From Desulfuromonadales bacterium (GTDB lineage Bacteria; Desulfobacterota; Desulfuromonadia; Desulfuromonadales; JAHYIW01), in the NCBI GenBank assembly GCA_029210745.1, contig JARGFI010000004.1, positions 8,852-72,851 on the forward strand: a DNA stretch of 64,000 bases, read 5' to 3'. The position numbers were made by a program, and so were the translations under genes. This document shows positions 1 through 9,201 of the stretch, piece by piece. A model generated the notes under the pieces. That model had not been told where the DNA came from. It saw only the letters and a list, made by a program, of their open reading frames with translations, and ran no database searches. Positions within the stretch are counted from its first letter, which is position 1; every line of letters begins with the position of its first letter.

Positions 1-3000
1 CGCCACCGCAGCCTGATGTGGCATCAGGGCGATTTCAATGCAGATCCTTACCAGCGTATGGCGCAGGGCGGAAAATGAAAAATGCTGCCAACCGCTGAGA
101 CGGGTAAGCACATTGAGCAGCTGGGTGAGGGGTGAAAAAAACAGCATGACCCCGAAAAGAGCCATCGTCATCGTTGCCAGTTGCCGGTCAAGCAACCAGA
201 CCGCGACCAGCAACACCAGATTCATCACCGGCAACAGACTGCGCCGCAGATTGTCAAACACCTTCCAGCGATTAAACAGCGAGAGCGGGTTTTTCCCCCA
301 GCGCCCATGATGGCGCGGAACACGCGGCAGAACCCACGCGGCAATCTGCCAATCGCCACGAATCCAGCGATGCATGCGTGAGACATAACCCAGATAGTCG
401 GGGGGGAATTCATCGTAAAGCTCAATATCGCTGGCGAGTCCGACTCGTGCGTGGGCGCCTTCAAGCAGATCGTGACTGAGGATCAACCCTTCCGGGAAGA
501 GGTCATCAAGTATCTGTTCGAAGGCCCGGACATCGTAAATCCCCTTGCCATGGTAAGAGCCCTCACCCGTGAGATCCTGATAGATATCGGAGACCACCCG
601 GGTATAGGGATCGACCCCGACAGCATCGCAAAAGAGGCGACTGAAAAGTGAATAGCTGCTGCTCGGCAGGGACGGTGTGACACGCGGCTGAATGAGCGTA
701 TAACCGGAGGTGATCGAACCATCGGCGGCAAAGCGCGGTTGATTGAGCGGGTGCGCCAGGGTCTCGATCATCCGCCGCGCCGAGCCATGCGGAAGCTGGG
801 TGTCGCTGTCGAGAGTAATGACAAAGCGAATCCGTGTTAGTTGCGCGGCCTCCCCGACATAAATCAACTCGCGTGCCAGGTCTTCCCGCCGTTCTACCAG
901 GAGACGATTGAGCTGTTCCAGTTTTCCGCGTTTGCGTTCCCAGCCGATATATTTCTTTTCCGTGCTGCACCAGCTGCGCTGCCGATGGAAGAGCAAAAAA
1001 CGGGGACCATGCCGCTGGTTCAGTTCTTCAATGCCGGCGCGGGCGAGGGCGATCAGCGCATCATCTTCCGGGATGTGCTCTTGCACCGCATCGGTAAAAT
1101 CGGTAAAAAGACTGAAGAGCAGGTTGTCCTGGCGATTCGCCATGAAACGAATTTCCAGTTTCTCAATTTCGCTCTTTATTACCTGTTCATTAATCAGCAG
1201 TGTCGGCACCACCACCAGCGTACGAAACCGGTCAGGGATGCCGGTCTCGGAAAAATCCAACTTCGCCAGGGCATCGGGAGGCAACACGCGCGTCGCCAGA
1301 TAGTTGACCACTTCGATCGCCAGCTGACTGGTTAAAAAGAGCGCGCTGAGCAAGATGGCCAGCGTCCACCAAGCGGGCGTGACCGGCGGAATGAAATAGC
1401 AGAGAAGACCGATCAACAGGGTCACCAGTCCCCCGGTGGTGCCAAAATAAAGCGGGGTGTGATGGCGTCTGACCCAACTTACCAGCCGACAACGAAGATA
1501 CTCGCGGCAACCGGTCTGGCGCACAAAGGCCTGGCGTTGCGCACCGATCAGATAAGCTCCGACGTGCTCCAGCAACGGGTTTTCGAGCCCCTCCTTGCGT
1601 GCCCTCTGAGCGCTATCGACAGCCGCCCTGGCAATCGCCTCTTCGCTCTTGCGCGAGCGGTTGGCAAACTCCTCAACCGCCTGGCGATAGCGATCGCGGG
1701 TCTCAAAATCCATCCCGGCATAAATGCCGGCGGGATCCCTTTTGAGGATCTGCTCGACCCGGCTTGACGCTTCAAACACGGTCCGCCAGTCGAGTTGTAC
1801 CAGCTGACGCAAACTGGTAAAAGCGTTACCGATGGCCAGTTGGTCACTCGCCTGACGGTGCTGTTCCTGCTGGATGAGATCGTTCAGGGAGCTGCCGTAG
1901 GAACGTTCCAGCCACCCTTGCAACGAGACCAGAACCGTCGTCTCGTCATAAAGCAGATCGACCAGTTGGGCCCCGAAGTAGGGGCTTGGCTGCGGGTGGG
2001 CCATTGCCAGATCGGCCAGGGCAGTGAATAACTGGTTCACATCGGAACGATTGGCGACGATCAGACGATTGGCCCAGAAGGCCGCTTCCTGACTTTCGCA
2101 CAGATCGGTCTGGGAACGCACCGCAAGCCCCTGAATACTCTCGATCAGGGCAACGCGCAACATCTGTGGAAATGCCCACAGCTCCGCAATCGACAACGTC
2201 CGTTCAAGTTGATTTTCGGCAAGATGCGCAAGAATGTTCTCTGTCGTCAGCCGCAATTCAACCGCGGCCACGAGCTTCTTGGCCAAACTGTAAATATAAG
2301 GCATGCCAACACGTTCGGGGTCGGAGGCCAGGCGGGGGAGTTGACGGTAAAAACTTTTGGGCAGGTTAAGCAACACGTCGCGGATGGTTCTGACGATCAG
2401 ATATTCATTGTCGATAATCCACTCGGCAACCGGTGTGGCCCCCTGCCCAAGGCGACTTGCCTCAGTCAGCGCCGAACAGATTTTTTGCACCCAGCTGCGG
2501 GCCCGTTTGAGTTTTTTCAGTAACGCGTTGCGCTGCTGTTGCGGCCCGCCCCGCGATTGATAGACGTTCGACCGCCCGCGTTTTTCAATCAACGAGCCGC
2601 TGACCGGGGGTGTCACATCACGCCGTTCGCGACGTCGTTCGCGGGGCGGGTGGAGCACAAAAATTGTCGGTGACGTGGTGCTTTTTTCGCGCAGCAGCGT
2701 GACCGGGTCCCCCATCATCGCAACCGGTGCCTGAAGAACCAACGCCGTTTCATCGTGAAAAAGACTGCCCGAATATTTCACCAGCAACTGTGGAGTAACA
2801 CCGTAGTGCTCCCGCCTCAGGATCATCAGACCAACCAGCAAGCCGGTTACCGCTCCGCCACCGATCGGCACCAGATGATTTTGCATAAAGTGGGGAAGCC
2901 AGTCGGGAGGGGTGGGGGAAAAGTAGGTCAGTACCGCACCGACAGCCGAAAATCCGAGGATGGCAAAGAAGATCCCCAGCAACCGTCGCCGCAAAAAAGG

Positions 3001-3138
3001 ATCATTCGTGAGCAATCGATTATCGGCGGTTTTGTGCAGCACTGCGGCGCGAAAGAAACCACGTTTCCCCAACTCCCACAAAGCTCGTCGGGCATCGCTT
3101 TGCCTGACGAAATAGGCGATCAGAACGCCATCGCTCAC
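1..3138 (-). CDS. Cyclic beta-1,2-glucan synthase-like giant glycosyltransferase (GT84 / NdvB-ChvB-Cgs type), N-terminal 1046 codons; the gene continues past the left edge
   Basis: It is absent from the ORF track because it runs off the window. My manual minus-strand translation from GTG at 3138 stays open to position 1. GAGGAG lies 6 nt upstream and an in-frame TAG at 3156-3154 closes the frame upstream. TM segments are followed by motifs FVITLDSDTQLPHGSARRMIETLAHPLN and SHDLLEGAHARVGLASDIELYDEFPPDYLGYVSRMHRWIRGDWQI, which are typical of the GT84 domain. Confidence 0.75.
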   Translation of the reverse strand, partial: MSDGVLIAYFVRQSDARRALWELGKRGFFRAAVLHKTADNRLLTNDPFLRRRLLGIFFAILGFSAVGAVLTYFSPTPPDWLPHFMQNHLVPIGGGAVTGLLVGLMILRREHYGVTPQLLVKYSGSLFHDETALVLQAPVAMMGDPVTLLREKSTTSPTIFVLHPPRERRRERRDVTPPVSGSLIEKRGRSNVYQSRGGPQQQRNALLKKLKRARSWVQKICSALTEASRLGQGATPVAEWIIDNEYLIVRTIRDVLLNLPKSFYRQLPRLASDPERVGMPYIYSLAKKLVAAVELRLTTENILAHLAENQLERTLSIAELWAFPQMLRVALIESIQGLAVRSQTDLCESQEAAFWANRLIVANRSDVNQLFTALADLAMAHPQPSPYFGAQLVDLLYDETTVLVSLQGWLERSYGSSLNDLIQQEQHRQASDQLAIGNAFTSLRQLVQLDWRTVFEASSRVEQILKRDPAGIYAGMDFETRDRYRQAVEEFANRSRKSEEAIARAAVDSAQRARKEGLENPLLEHVGAYLIGAQRQAFVRQTGCREYLRCRLVSWVRRHHTPLYFGTTGGLVTLLIGLLCYFIPPVTPAWWTLAILLSALFLTSQLAIEVVNYLATRVLPPDALAKLDFSETGIPDRFRTLVVVPTLLINEQVIKSEIEKLEIRFMANRQDNLLFSLFTDFTDAVQEHIPEDDALIALARAGIEELNQRHGPRFLLFHRQRSWCSTEKKYIGWERKRGKLEQLNRLLVERREDLARELIYVGEAAQLTRIRFVITLDSDTQLPHGSARRMIETLAHPLNQPRFAADGSITSGYTLIQPRVTPSLPSSSYSLFSRLFCDAVGVDPYTRVVSDIYQDLTGEGSYHGKGIYDVRAFEQILDDLFPEGLILSHDLLEGAHARVGLASDIELYDEFPPDYLGYVSRMHRWIRGDWQIAAWVLPRVPRHHGRWGKNPLSLFNRWKVFDNLRRSLLPVMNLVLLVAVWLLDRQLATMTMALFGVMLFFSPLTQLLNVLTRLSGWQHFSFSALRHTLVRICIEIALMPHQAAVA

Positions 3139-3355
3139 AATTAGCTCCTCTCGCTAAATAAACTGTTCAGGGGGTGACAAGATTTCAAAAAGACAAAGAC
3201 GCAGTGACCCCGATTTTTTGCGGCGCAATTAAAACTTAATACTAGTTCATTTTCATTGAGATGCAACGTGCAGAAGGGTGACAAAGGGTGAGGAGATAAA
3301 GGGTGTGGATGGGCCGGCTGGTGCCAAAGAACGCCGTCCTCGTTACTCAACGGTA

Positions 3356-4003
3356 TCAAGTCGTGGCGGCGAACTGCACGAGTTTGTCGTGCAATTGGGA
3401 CAACGTGCCATCATTGACAATCGTCGCATCCCAACCCGCAAAAGCGTCAAGGGCGGTCTCACTGCTGTGATTGTTGGCACCGTCGCAACCAGGCCGCTCA
3501 ATCTTGACGATGAGTCCGCCCAGGGCCTTGATCGTGGCCAGCTCATTGGCGAAACGCACATCGTCGATCAACAGATGCGTCCGCTCAAGATCGTAGCTGG
3601 CAACTTTAGCATTCCAGGCCTTGGTCCAATAATCGGGATCCTGCGCCCGACGATACTCCGTCCCCCACCATTGCAGCAAGCGGCGAACCGTCAATGCGGT
3701 GTGTTGCGGTCGACCCTGAACGGCTTGAACGTCCTGGTGCTCGGCAATGAAGTGGTCCCACTGCTCACAAACCGCCCGCGCCCGCTCGCTATCAACGGTA
3801 AAAACCCGCACTTTGTCTTGCTGACAACCATAAACCAGGGGAACAAATTCGTCGCCCCCGACTGAGCGTAAAAATCGTTCCACTTCGTCGCGCAGCACCA
3901 TCGCCATCGGGACGATCAGCACCTCCTGGGTGAGGATTTCGGCCAGAAAGTTCGCTGCTGTCGTTTTTCCCGCCGCCGCTTTACCGGCAAAACCGATAAT
4001 CAT
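3356..4003 (-). CDS. Deoxynucleoside-monophosphate kinase-like P-loop protein (phage T5 dNMP kinase family)
   Basis: The track ORF is 3356-4132. I prefer the internal ATG at 4003 (MIIGFAGKAAAGKTT), which puts the Walker A motif at the N-terminus as in T5 Dnk. Recalled similarity: LTVRRLLQWWGTEYRRAQDPDYWTKAW and IVKIERPG...HSSETALD...IVNDGTLSQLHDKL. Confidence 0.6.
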   Translation of the reverse strand: MIIGFAGKAAAGKTTAANFLAEILTQEVLIVPMAMVLRDEVERFLRSVGGDEFVPLVYGCQQDKVRVFTVDSERARAVCEQWDHFIAEHQDVQAVQGRPQHTALTVRRLLQWWGTEYRRAQDPDYWTKAWNAKVASYDLERTHLLIDDVRFANELATIKALGGLIVKIERPGCDGANNHSSETALDAFAGWDATIVNDGTLSQLHDKLVQFAATT

Positions 4004-4183
4004 TTTTTCATCCCTTAAAACATTGAAATTCAAACCAAACATCTCGGCAGCAGTGTACTTGATTCCGCGCCGACGTTCAATCAATGAAACCGGCAAGTAG
4101 AGAATTGTTTCAGAAAAGTCGTCCCCGGACACATATGTGAAGCATAAATGTTCCTCCCTCGCGCAGAAAAATAATCTATCCCG

Positions 4184-4192
4184 TGGTATAAT
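4184..4192 (+). promoter_or_regulatory. Extended -10 promoter element TGgTATAAT upstream of the 59-aa ORF
   Basis: The sequence is gTGGTATAATcgg, with TATAAT at 4187-4192 and TG at 4184-4185. It lies about 63 nt upstream of the ATG at 4255. Confidence 0.45.
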
Positions 4193-4254
4193 CGGACCGA
4201 ACGCGCTCGTCAGCCACAGTGAACACCATTTAAATTACACCAAGGAGAAGGACG

Positions 4255-4434
4255 ATGACCGAATACAGTTGCAACAATCCTGAGCAACATTGTGATCTGC
4301 ATGCGTGCCAGTTAACGGCCAGCATCCGCAATCCCGAGATTGACAAAATGTTTGAAAACCCGCGTTTCGCCTGCACCAACTGCGGGGTCAAGGTTCACGA
4401 TGCAGCAAACGTTTGCCAGCCAAAAGAACTCTGA
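4255..4434 (+). CDS. Small Cys-rich protein, 59 aa (MTEYSCNNPEQHCDLHACQLTASIRNPEIDKMFENPRFACTNCGVKVHDAANVCQPKEL)
   Basis: It is below the 60-aa track cutoff. A strong RBS (AAGGAGAAGGACG) precedes the ATG, and the ORF has its own promoter-like element and a terminator immediately downstream. It carries six Cys, including a CxxC. Confidence 0.5.
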   Translation: MTEYSCNNPEQHCDLHACQLTASIRNPEIDKMFENPRFACTNCGVKVHDAANVCQPKEL

Positions 4435-4453
4435 TGTGCATCCACAAGTCGTT

Positions 4454-4490
4454 GCCGGGGCGGGGAATTCCCCGCCCCGGCATTTTTTTT
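4454..4490 (+). terminator. Rho-independent terminator
   Basis: The stem is GCCGGGGCGGGG-aatt-CCCCGCCCCGGC, followed by a T8 run. Confidence 0.75.
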
Positions 4491-4550
4491 ACTTTGTGCT
4501 ATAATGAAAATGAAATTCACAACCCTTATTGACAGCAAGGAGCACAGACC

Positions 4551-5150
4551 ATGACAAAACATCTTTTATACGCTGCATTGCTGGTGCTGTTGAGCGCCCC
4601 GCTGGCTGTTGCCGACACCTTCTCGATCGATCCGGCACACTCGCAAGTTCATTTCAGTGTTCGCCACATGGTGATGTTCAATGTTCGCGGAGCCTTCACT
4701 GACTTTTCGGGAACCATTGAGGCTGATTTGGCCAGCAAGGCCCTGAAAGGGGTGACGGCGACAATCCTCACCGCATCTATCGACACGCGCGAAAAAAAAC
4801 GCGATGAGCACCTGCGCAGTGCCGACTTTTTCGACGTTGCCAACCACCCGAAAATGATCTTTACCCTGGATCGCGTTGTCGGGACAAGCGACGATCTGAC
4901 CATTTACGGTAAACTGACGATTCGCGGCATCACCAAAACTGTTGCCTTGCACGGAAAATATCTCGGCGCCAGTACCGATCCGTGGGGCAATCTCCGGGTC
5001 GGTTTCGAAGGAACCGCAACCGTCAATCGTCGTGACTTCGGGTTAACCTGGAACAAGATGCTGGAGGCCGGGGGATATCTGGTCGGTGATCAGGTAGAGA
5101 TCGGCGTGGAGATTGAGGCTATCAAAGGTAGCCATCGGTTCGAAGATTGA
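4551..5150 (+). CDS. yceI: YceI-family periplasmic polyisoprenoid-binding protein
   Basis: It has a signal peptide (LLVLLSAPLAVA), the YceI signature SIDPAHSQVHFSVRHMVMFNVRGAFTDFSGTI, and a GGAG RBS. Confidence 0.85.
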   Translation: MTKHLLYAALLVLLSAPLAVADTFSIDPAHSQVHFSVRHMVMFNVRGAFTDFSGTIEADLASKALKGVTATILTASIDTREKKRDEHLRSADFFDVANHPKMIFTLDRVVGTSDDLTIYGKLTIRGITKTVALHGKYLGASTDPWGNLRVGFEGTATVNRRDFGLTWNKMLEAGGYLVGDQVEIGVEIEAIKGSHRFED

Positions 5151-5175
5151 GGCCATCAGACAATAACCATTGTCA

Positions 5176-5207
5176 AACGCCCCCGCAGCTTGCGCTGCGG
5201 GGGCGTT
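5176..5207. terminator. Strong hairpin between the convergent genes yceI and gabD
   Basis: The stem is AACGCCCCCGCAGC-ttgc-GCTGCGGGGGCGTT (14 bp). The flanking U-tracts are weak. Confidence 0.55.
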
Positions 5208-5232
5208 GTTAGTGCAGATCCGGCGACGGTGG

Positions 5233-6699
5233 TCAGCTATCGATCCCCGCCATGCACAGGTATTTGATTTCCAGATAATCGTCGACCCCATATTTTGAAC
5301 CTTCGCGGCCATTTCCCGATTCCTTGACCCCCCCGAAAGGGGCCACCGGATTTGACACCAGCCCGGTATTGATCCCGATCATTCCATATTCCAGCGCCTC
5401 TCCGACCCGCCAGGTCCGGGCGAGGTCGCGCGTGTAAACATAGGCGGCCAGTCCAAATTCGGTGTCGTTGGCCATCTGGAGCGCTTCTGCTTCGCTGGTG
5501 AAGCGGAAGAGCGGGGCCAACGGACCGAAGGTTTCCTCACGGGCGACCAGCATCTGCGCGGTCGCGCCGGTCAATACCGTCGGTTCAAAAAAAGTCCCAC
5601 CGCTGGCATGGCGTTTGCCCCCGTAGATGACCTTCCCCCCCTTGGCGAGGGCATCGGCAAGATGTTCCTCGACCTTTTCCAGCGCCGCCATATCGATCAG
5701 CGGGCCCTGCTGGGTGTCCCCTTGCAGACCGTCACCGACGCGCAGCGTGGCAACGGCGACCGCCAACTTTGCAGCAAACTGATCATAAACCCCATCCTGA
5801 ACCAGAAACCGGTTGGTGCAGACGCAGGTCTGGCCGGTATTGCGATACTTGGAAATCATCGCCCCTTCGACCGCGGCATCAAGATCAGCATCATCGAAGA
5901 CAATAAAGGGCGCGTTGCCACCCAGTTCCATCGAGACCTTCTTCATCGTTCCGGCGCACTGCATCATCAGCTCTTTGCCCACTTCCGTAGAGCCGGTGAA
6001 GGTCAGCTTGCGGACCAGCGGATTGGCCGTCATCTCACCACCAATCGCCCCCGAAGCCCCGGTCACGACATTGAAAACCCCTGCCGGAATCCCGGCACGC
6101 GCGCCAAGTTCGGCCATCGCCAGCGCTGAATAAGGGGTCGCCGTCGCCGGTTTGGCCACCATCGGACAGCCGACCGCCAACGCCGGACCCGCCTTGCGCG
6201 CCAGCATGGCGGTGGGGAAATTCCAGGGGGTGATCGCGGCGCACACGCCGATCGGTTCCTTGATCACCACCAGCCGCTGGCTACTGAGGGTTGGAGGAAT
6301 CACGTCACCGTAAATCCGCTTCCCTTCTTCGGCGAACCATTCGATAAAAGAGGCACCGTAAGCAATCTCACCGCGCGCTTCGGCCAACGGTTTGCCTTGC
6401 TCGGCGGTCATGATAACGGCCAGATCTTCCTGATGTTCAAGGAGCAGGTCGCGCCATTGACGCAGAATGGCACTGCGCTCTGCAGCAGGCCTGCGTCGCC
6501 ACGCTGACCAGGCACGGTTGGCCGCGGCGATCGCCCGGCGCGTCTCAATCGCCCCCATTTTGGGGATAGTCCCCAACCTATCGCCGGTAGCCGGGTTGGT
6601 GACCGCAATCGTTTCGCCGCTGTCAGCGTCCAGCCATTCACCATCGATGTAGCACTGCTGCCGCAGCAGTGTTGCGTCGCGTAACTTTTCCTTCAACAT
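5233..6699 (-). CDS. gabD: Succinate-semialdehyde dehydrogenase (NAD(P)+)
   Basis: This is a 488-aa ALDH-family protein. Long stretches are near-identical to my recollection of E. coli GabD: [34 protein letters not shown] and [20 protein letters not shown]. Confidence 0.9.
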   Translation of the reverse strand: MLKEKLRDATLLRQQCYIDGEWLDADSGETIAVTNPATGDRLGTIPKMGAIETRRAIAAANRAWSAWRRRPAAERSAILRQWRDLLLEHQEDLAVIMTAEQGKPLAEARGEIAYGASFIEWFAEEGKRIYGDVIPPTLSSQRLVVIKEPIGVCAAITPWNFPTAMLARKAGPALAVGCPMVAKPATATPYSALAMAELGARAGIPAGVFNVVTGASGAIGGEMTANPLVRKLTFTGSTEVGKELMMQCAGTMKKVSMELGGNAPFIVFDDADLDAAVEGAMISKYRNTGQTCVCTNRFLVQDGVYDQFAAKLAVAVATLRVGDGLQGDTQQGPLIDMAALEKVEEHLADALAKGGKVIYGGKRHASGGTFFEPTVLTGATAQMLVAREETFGPLAPLFRFTSEAEALQMANDTEFGLAAYVYTRDLARTWRVGEALEYGMIGINTGLVSNPVAPFGGVKESGNGREGSKYGVDDYLEIKYLCMAGIDS

Positions 6700-6966
6700 C
6701 TTCTCCCCCTTTGTGTCGTCGCTACGATCAGTTTCGGTATTCAGATAGGAAGATCATCTGCTCACGAGTGAATACTAATCGATTGCCAGCCCATCTTCAA
6801 TCGGTTTTCGTTGCTCTCCCACGACCCGATTAATACTCCGCACCGTTTTTTCCTGTACCGATCTGATACCAAATTAACTTTTGCAAATTTTTTACATTTG
6901 AACTATTTTCCGGTTATGATCTGTCCTCTTTTGTGTCCCAACCGCACCTTAAACAAGGAGTTTTTC

Positions 6967-8001
6967 ATGCCATACGTTCGTGCTCTCATGCTGCTGTTTA
7001 CCCTGCTCCCTGTCCTGGCCTCGAGCACTTTTGCAGCCGACCCGATGGACAACTGGAAACCGAAATTTGACCCCAGCGGTGCCGAGTTTACCTACATCCT
7101 GTCGTGTGTCGGGCACCCGGCGATAGAAGGGGTCGGCGTCGGCTACCGCATTCGTGACAAGGTCTGGGAAAAAAGTAACGGACGGCTCTATGTTGATTTT
7201 CGCCCCTTGTCACAACTCGGCGGAGAAAAGGATGTGATCAACAAGTTGCAACTCGGGGCCATTCAGGGGATGATGAGTTCGTCGGTTGCCGCCGCGAACA
7301 TTGCCGCCACCCTCGGAGTTGTGAATTTACCGTACGTTGTCGACACCTTCGAAAAACTCGATCGCTTCCGCAAAACGCCGGAACTCTGGCAACCGTTTCG
7401 TGATGCGGCGCTGAAAAAAAACATCCTGGTCACCGATATCACCGGCTACGGTTCCTACGGTTGGGCCACCACCGCCCCGGTACGTTCCCTGGCGGAAGCC
7501 AAAGAGATCAATTTCCGCATCGCCCAGGCACCGGTCAATATCGATTTTTACAAGGCGTGGGGGTTGAAATTCACGGTCATGCCGTGGCCCGATGTACCCC
7601 AGGCGTTGCAAACAGGGGTCATTACCGGTCTTGACCACACCCCGATCGTCTGCAACATCAGCGGCAAATTCAACGTCGCCAAAAATTACACCGAACTTGA
7701 ATATGCGCAGGGACTTTACATTCATCTGGTCAATACCCGCTGGTTGAAAAAACTGCCGACCGATTTACAACACCTCCTGCTCGACACCATTAGCGCGGAA
7801 AGTGCGGTGGCCCGCGATCTCACTCGCCGCCAGCAAGCGGCGGAAATTGAGGCCGCCAAAACCCATCAGGTCAACTTTTTCACCCTGTCGCAGAGAGACA
7901 AAGAGCAGCTGATCAAGCTCGCCCGGCCGGTCTATGACAAATGGGGGGAAAAGATCGGGAGCGAATATCTGTCCCAGGTGCGTGCCGCCCTCGGTTCGTA
8001 A
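6967..8001 (+). CDS. TRAP transporter substrate-binding protein, paralogue 1
   Basis: The track ORF starts at 6811. I prefer the ATG at 6967, which follows AAGGAG and gives the signal peptide MPYVRALMLLFTLLPVLASSTFA. It is about 70% identical by eye to the next gene. Confidence 0.8.
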   Translation: MPYVRALMLLFTLLPVLASSTFAADPMDNWKPKFDPSGAEFTYILSCVGHPAIEGVGVGYRIRDKVWEKSNGRLYVDFRPLSQLGGEKDVINKLQLGAIQGMMSSSVAAANIAATLGVVNLPYVVDTFEKLDRFRKTPELWQPFRDAALKKNILVTDITGYGSYGWATTAPVRSLAEAKEINFRIAQAPVNIDFYKAWGLKFTVMPWPDVPQALQTGVITGLDHTPIVCNISGKFNVAKNYTELEYAQGLYIHLVNTRWLKKLPTDLQHLLLDTISAESAVARDLTRRQQAAEIEAAKTHQVNFFTLSQRDKEQLIKLARPVYDKWGEKIGSEYLSQVRAALGS

Positions 8002-8112
8002 ATATCCTGCCCGGCAAGCAACCAAAAAATATTTGAAATAAAACATCGTTTGCACTAACATGGGAGGACTTGTGGTACTTAATTCATCAACCCCCATGAA
8101 GGAGATGTTAAC

Positions 8113-9162
8113 ATGCGCAAAATTTCAATGTACGTGCTGGTCGTATTGGTTGGGCTTGCCACCGTTTGCGGTTCGGCCCTGGCGGCTGAAAAAAAGAAAG
8201 ACCCGCTGGCCAGCTGGAAAGCGGATTTTGACCCGAGCGGGGCGCAATATACCTATATTTTGTCGAATATTTCCCACCCGGTGATCGATGGGGTCGGCGT
8301 CGGGTATCGCATCCGTGACCGCGTCTGGAAAGAATCGAACGGGCGACTGTATGTCGATTTTCGCCCCCTGGCACAACTTGGTGGCGAAAAAGACGTCATC
8401 AATAAACTGAAGCTCGGCGCCATCCATGGCATGCTGAGCTCTTCGGTCGCTGCCGCCAACGTTGCTGACCGGCTGGGCATCGTCAACCTGCCGTATGTCA
8501 TCGATACCTTCGATAAACTTGACAAATTCCGCAATACCCCGGAACTTTGGCAACCGTTTGCCAACAGCGCACTTTCCGCTGGCATCATGACCGTCGATGT
8601 CACCGGCTACGGTCCGTACGGCTGGGCCACCACGGCTCCGGTGAAAACCCTTGCGGATGCCCGTTCGATCAATTTCCGTATTGCCCAGGCTCCAGTGAAT
8701 ATCGATTTTTACAAAGCGTGGGGGCTGAAATTTACCGTCATGCCATGGCCCGACGTACCGCAGGCGCTGCAAACCGGCGTCATTACCGGACTCGATCATA
8801 CTGCGATCGTTTGTAACATCACCAAAAAATTCACCATCGCCAAAAACTTCACCGAGCTGAATTATGCGCAGGGGCTGTTTATCCACCTGATGAACAAAAG
8901 GTGGTTTGACAAGCTGCCACAAGATCTGCAAGAAATCCTGATGACTGCGATCAATGTGGAAAGTGCCGACACCCGCGCCCGCACCCGCAAGCAGTACGAG
9001 GATCAGGTTGCCAAAGCCAAACAAGCCGGCGTGGAATTTTTTACCCTCCCCGCAGCCGAACTGCAACAGTTGATCGAACTGACGAAACCGGTTTACGCCA
9101 CCTGGGGCGAAAAAGTCGGGATGGATTACTTCAACCAGGTCCGCTCCGCACTGAAAAACTGA
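8113..9162 (+). CDS. TRAP transporter substrate-binding protein, paralogue 2
   Basis: It has a GAAGGAG RBS and a signal peptide ending ALA. Long blocks are shared with paralogue 1, for example INFRIAQAPVNIDFYKAWGLKFTVMPWPDVPQALQTGVITGLDH. Confidence 0.85.
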   Translation: MRKISMYVLVVLVGLATVCGSALAAEKKKDPLASWKADFDPSGAQYTYILSNISHPVIDGVGVGYRIRDRVWKESNGRLYVDFRPLAQLGGEKDVINKLKLGAIHGMLSSSVAAANVADRLGIVNLPYVIDTFDKLDKFRNTPELWQPFANSALSAGIMTVDVTGYGPYGWATTAPVKTLADARSINFRIAQAPVNIDFYKAWGLKFTVMPWPDVPQALQTGVITGLDHTAIVCNITKKFTIAKNFTELNYAQGLFIHLMNKRWFDKLPQDLQEILMTAINVESADTRARTRKQYEDQVAKAKQAGVEFFTLPAAELQQLIELTKPVYATWGEKVGMDYFNQVRSALKN

Positions 9163-9201
9163 TTAACCCGGTTGCTAAATCGGGGAGAAACTGCTAGAAA
9201 C

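Noticed and set aside
38-3144. A cluster of short ORFs from the track (for example 841-1335, 2209-2523, 2755-3144) that could suggest a gene-poor or novel region.
   Set aside because: All are off-frame or antisense shadows of the single long minus-strand GT84 reading frame, which I translated manually.
3141-3359. A 72-aa minus-strand ORF with a repeated HPHPLSPHPLSP peptide.
   Set aside because: The peptide repeat is just the translation of the GGGTGA(N) DNA repeats in an intergenic region. There is no RBS, so the DNA-level repeat is reported instead.
6771-6837. AATACTAATCGATT and CGATTAATACT, shared sub-motifs in the gabD/dctP divergent promoter region.
   Set aside because: The two copies share hexamers in swapped order rather than forming a clean direct or inverted repeat. 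The evidence is too weak to call an operator.
8125-9066. A 313-aa ORF antisense to dctP-2. Similar long antisense ORFs occur at 10953-11588, 12087-13019, 22057-22911, 57991-58767, 58774-59679, 62827-63552 and 42856-43545.
   Set aside because: They lie exactly opposite well-supported genes. Their composition is Arg/Gly/Pro/His-rich and low-complexity, as expected from stop-codon-poor antisense frames in high-GC DNA. They have no RBS or recognisable motifs.
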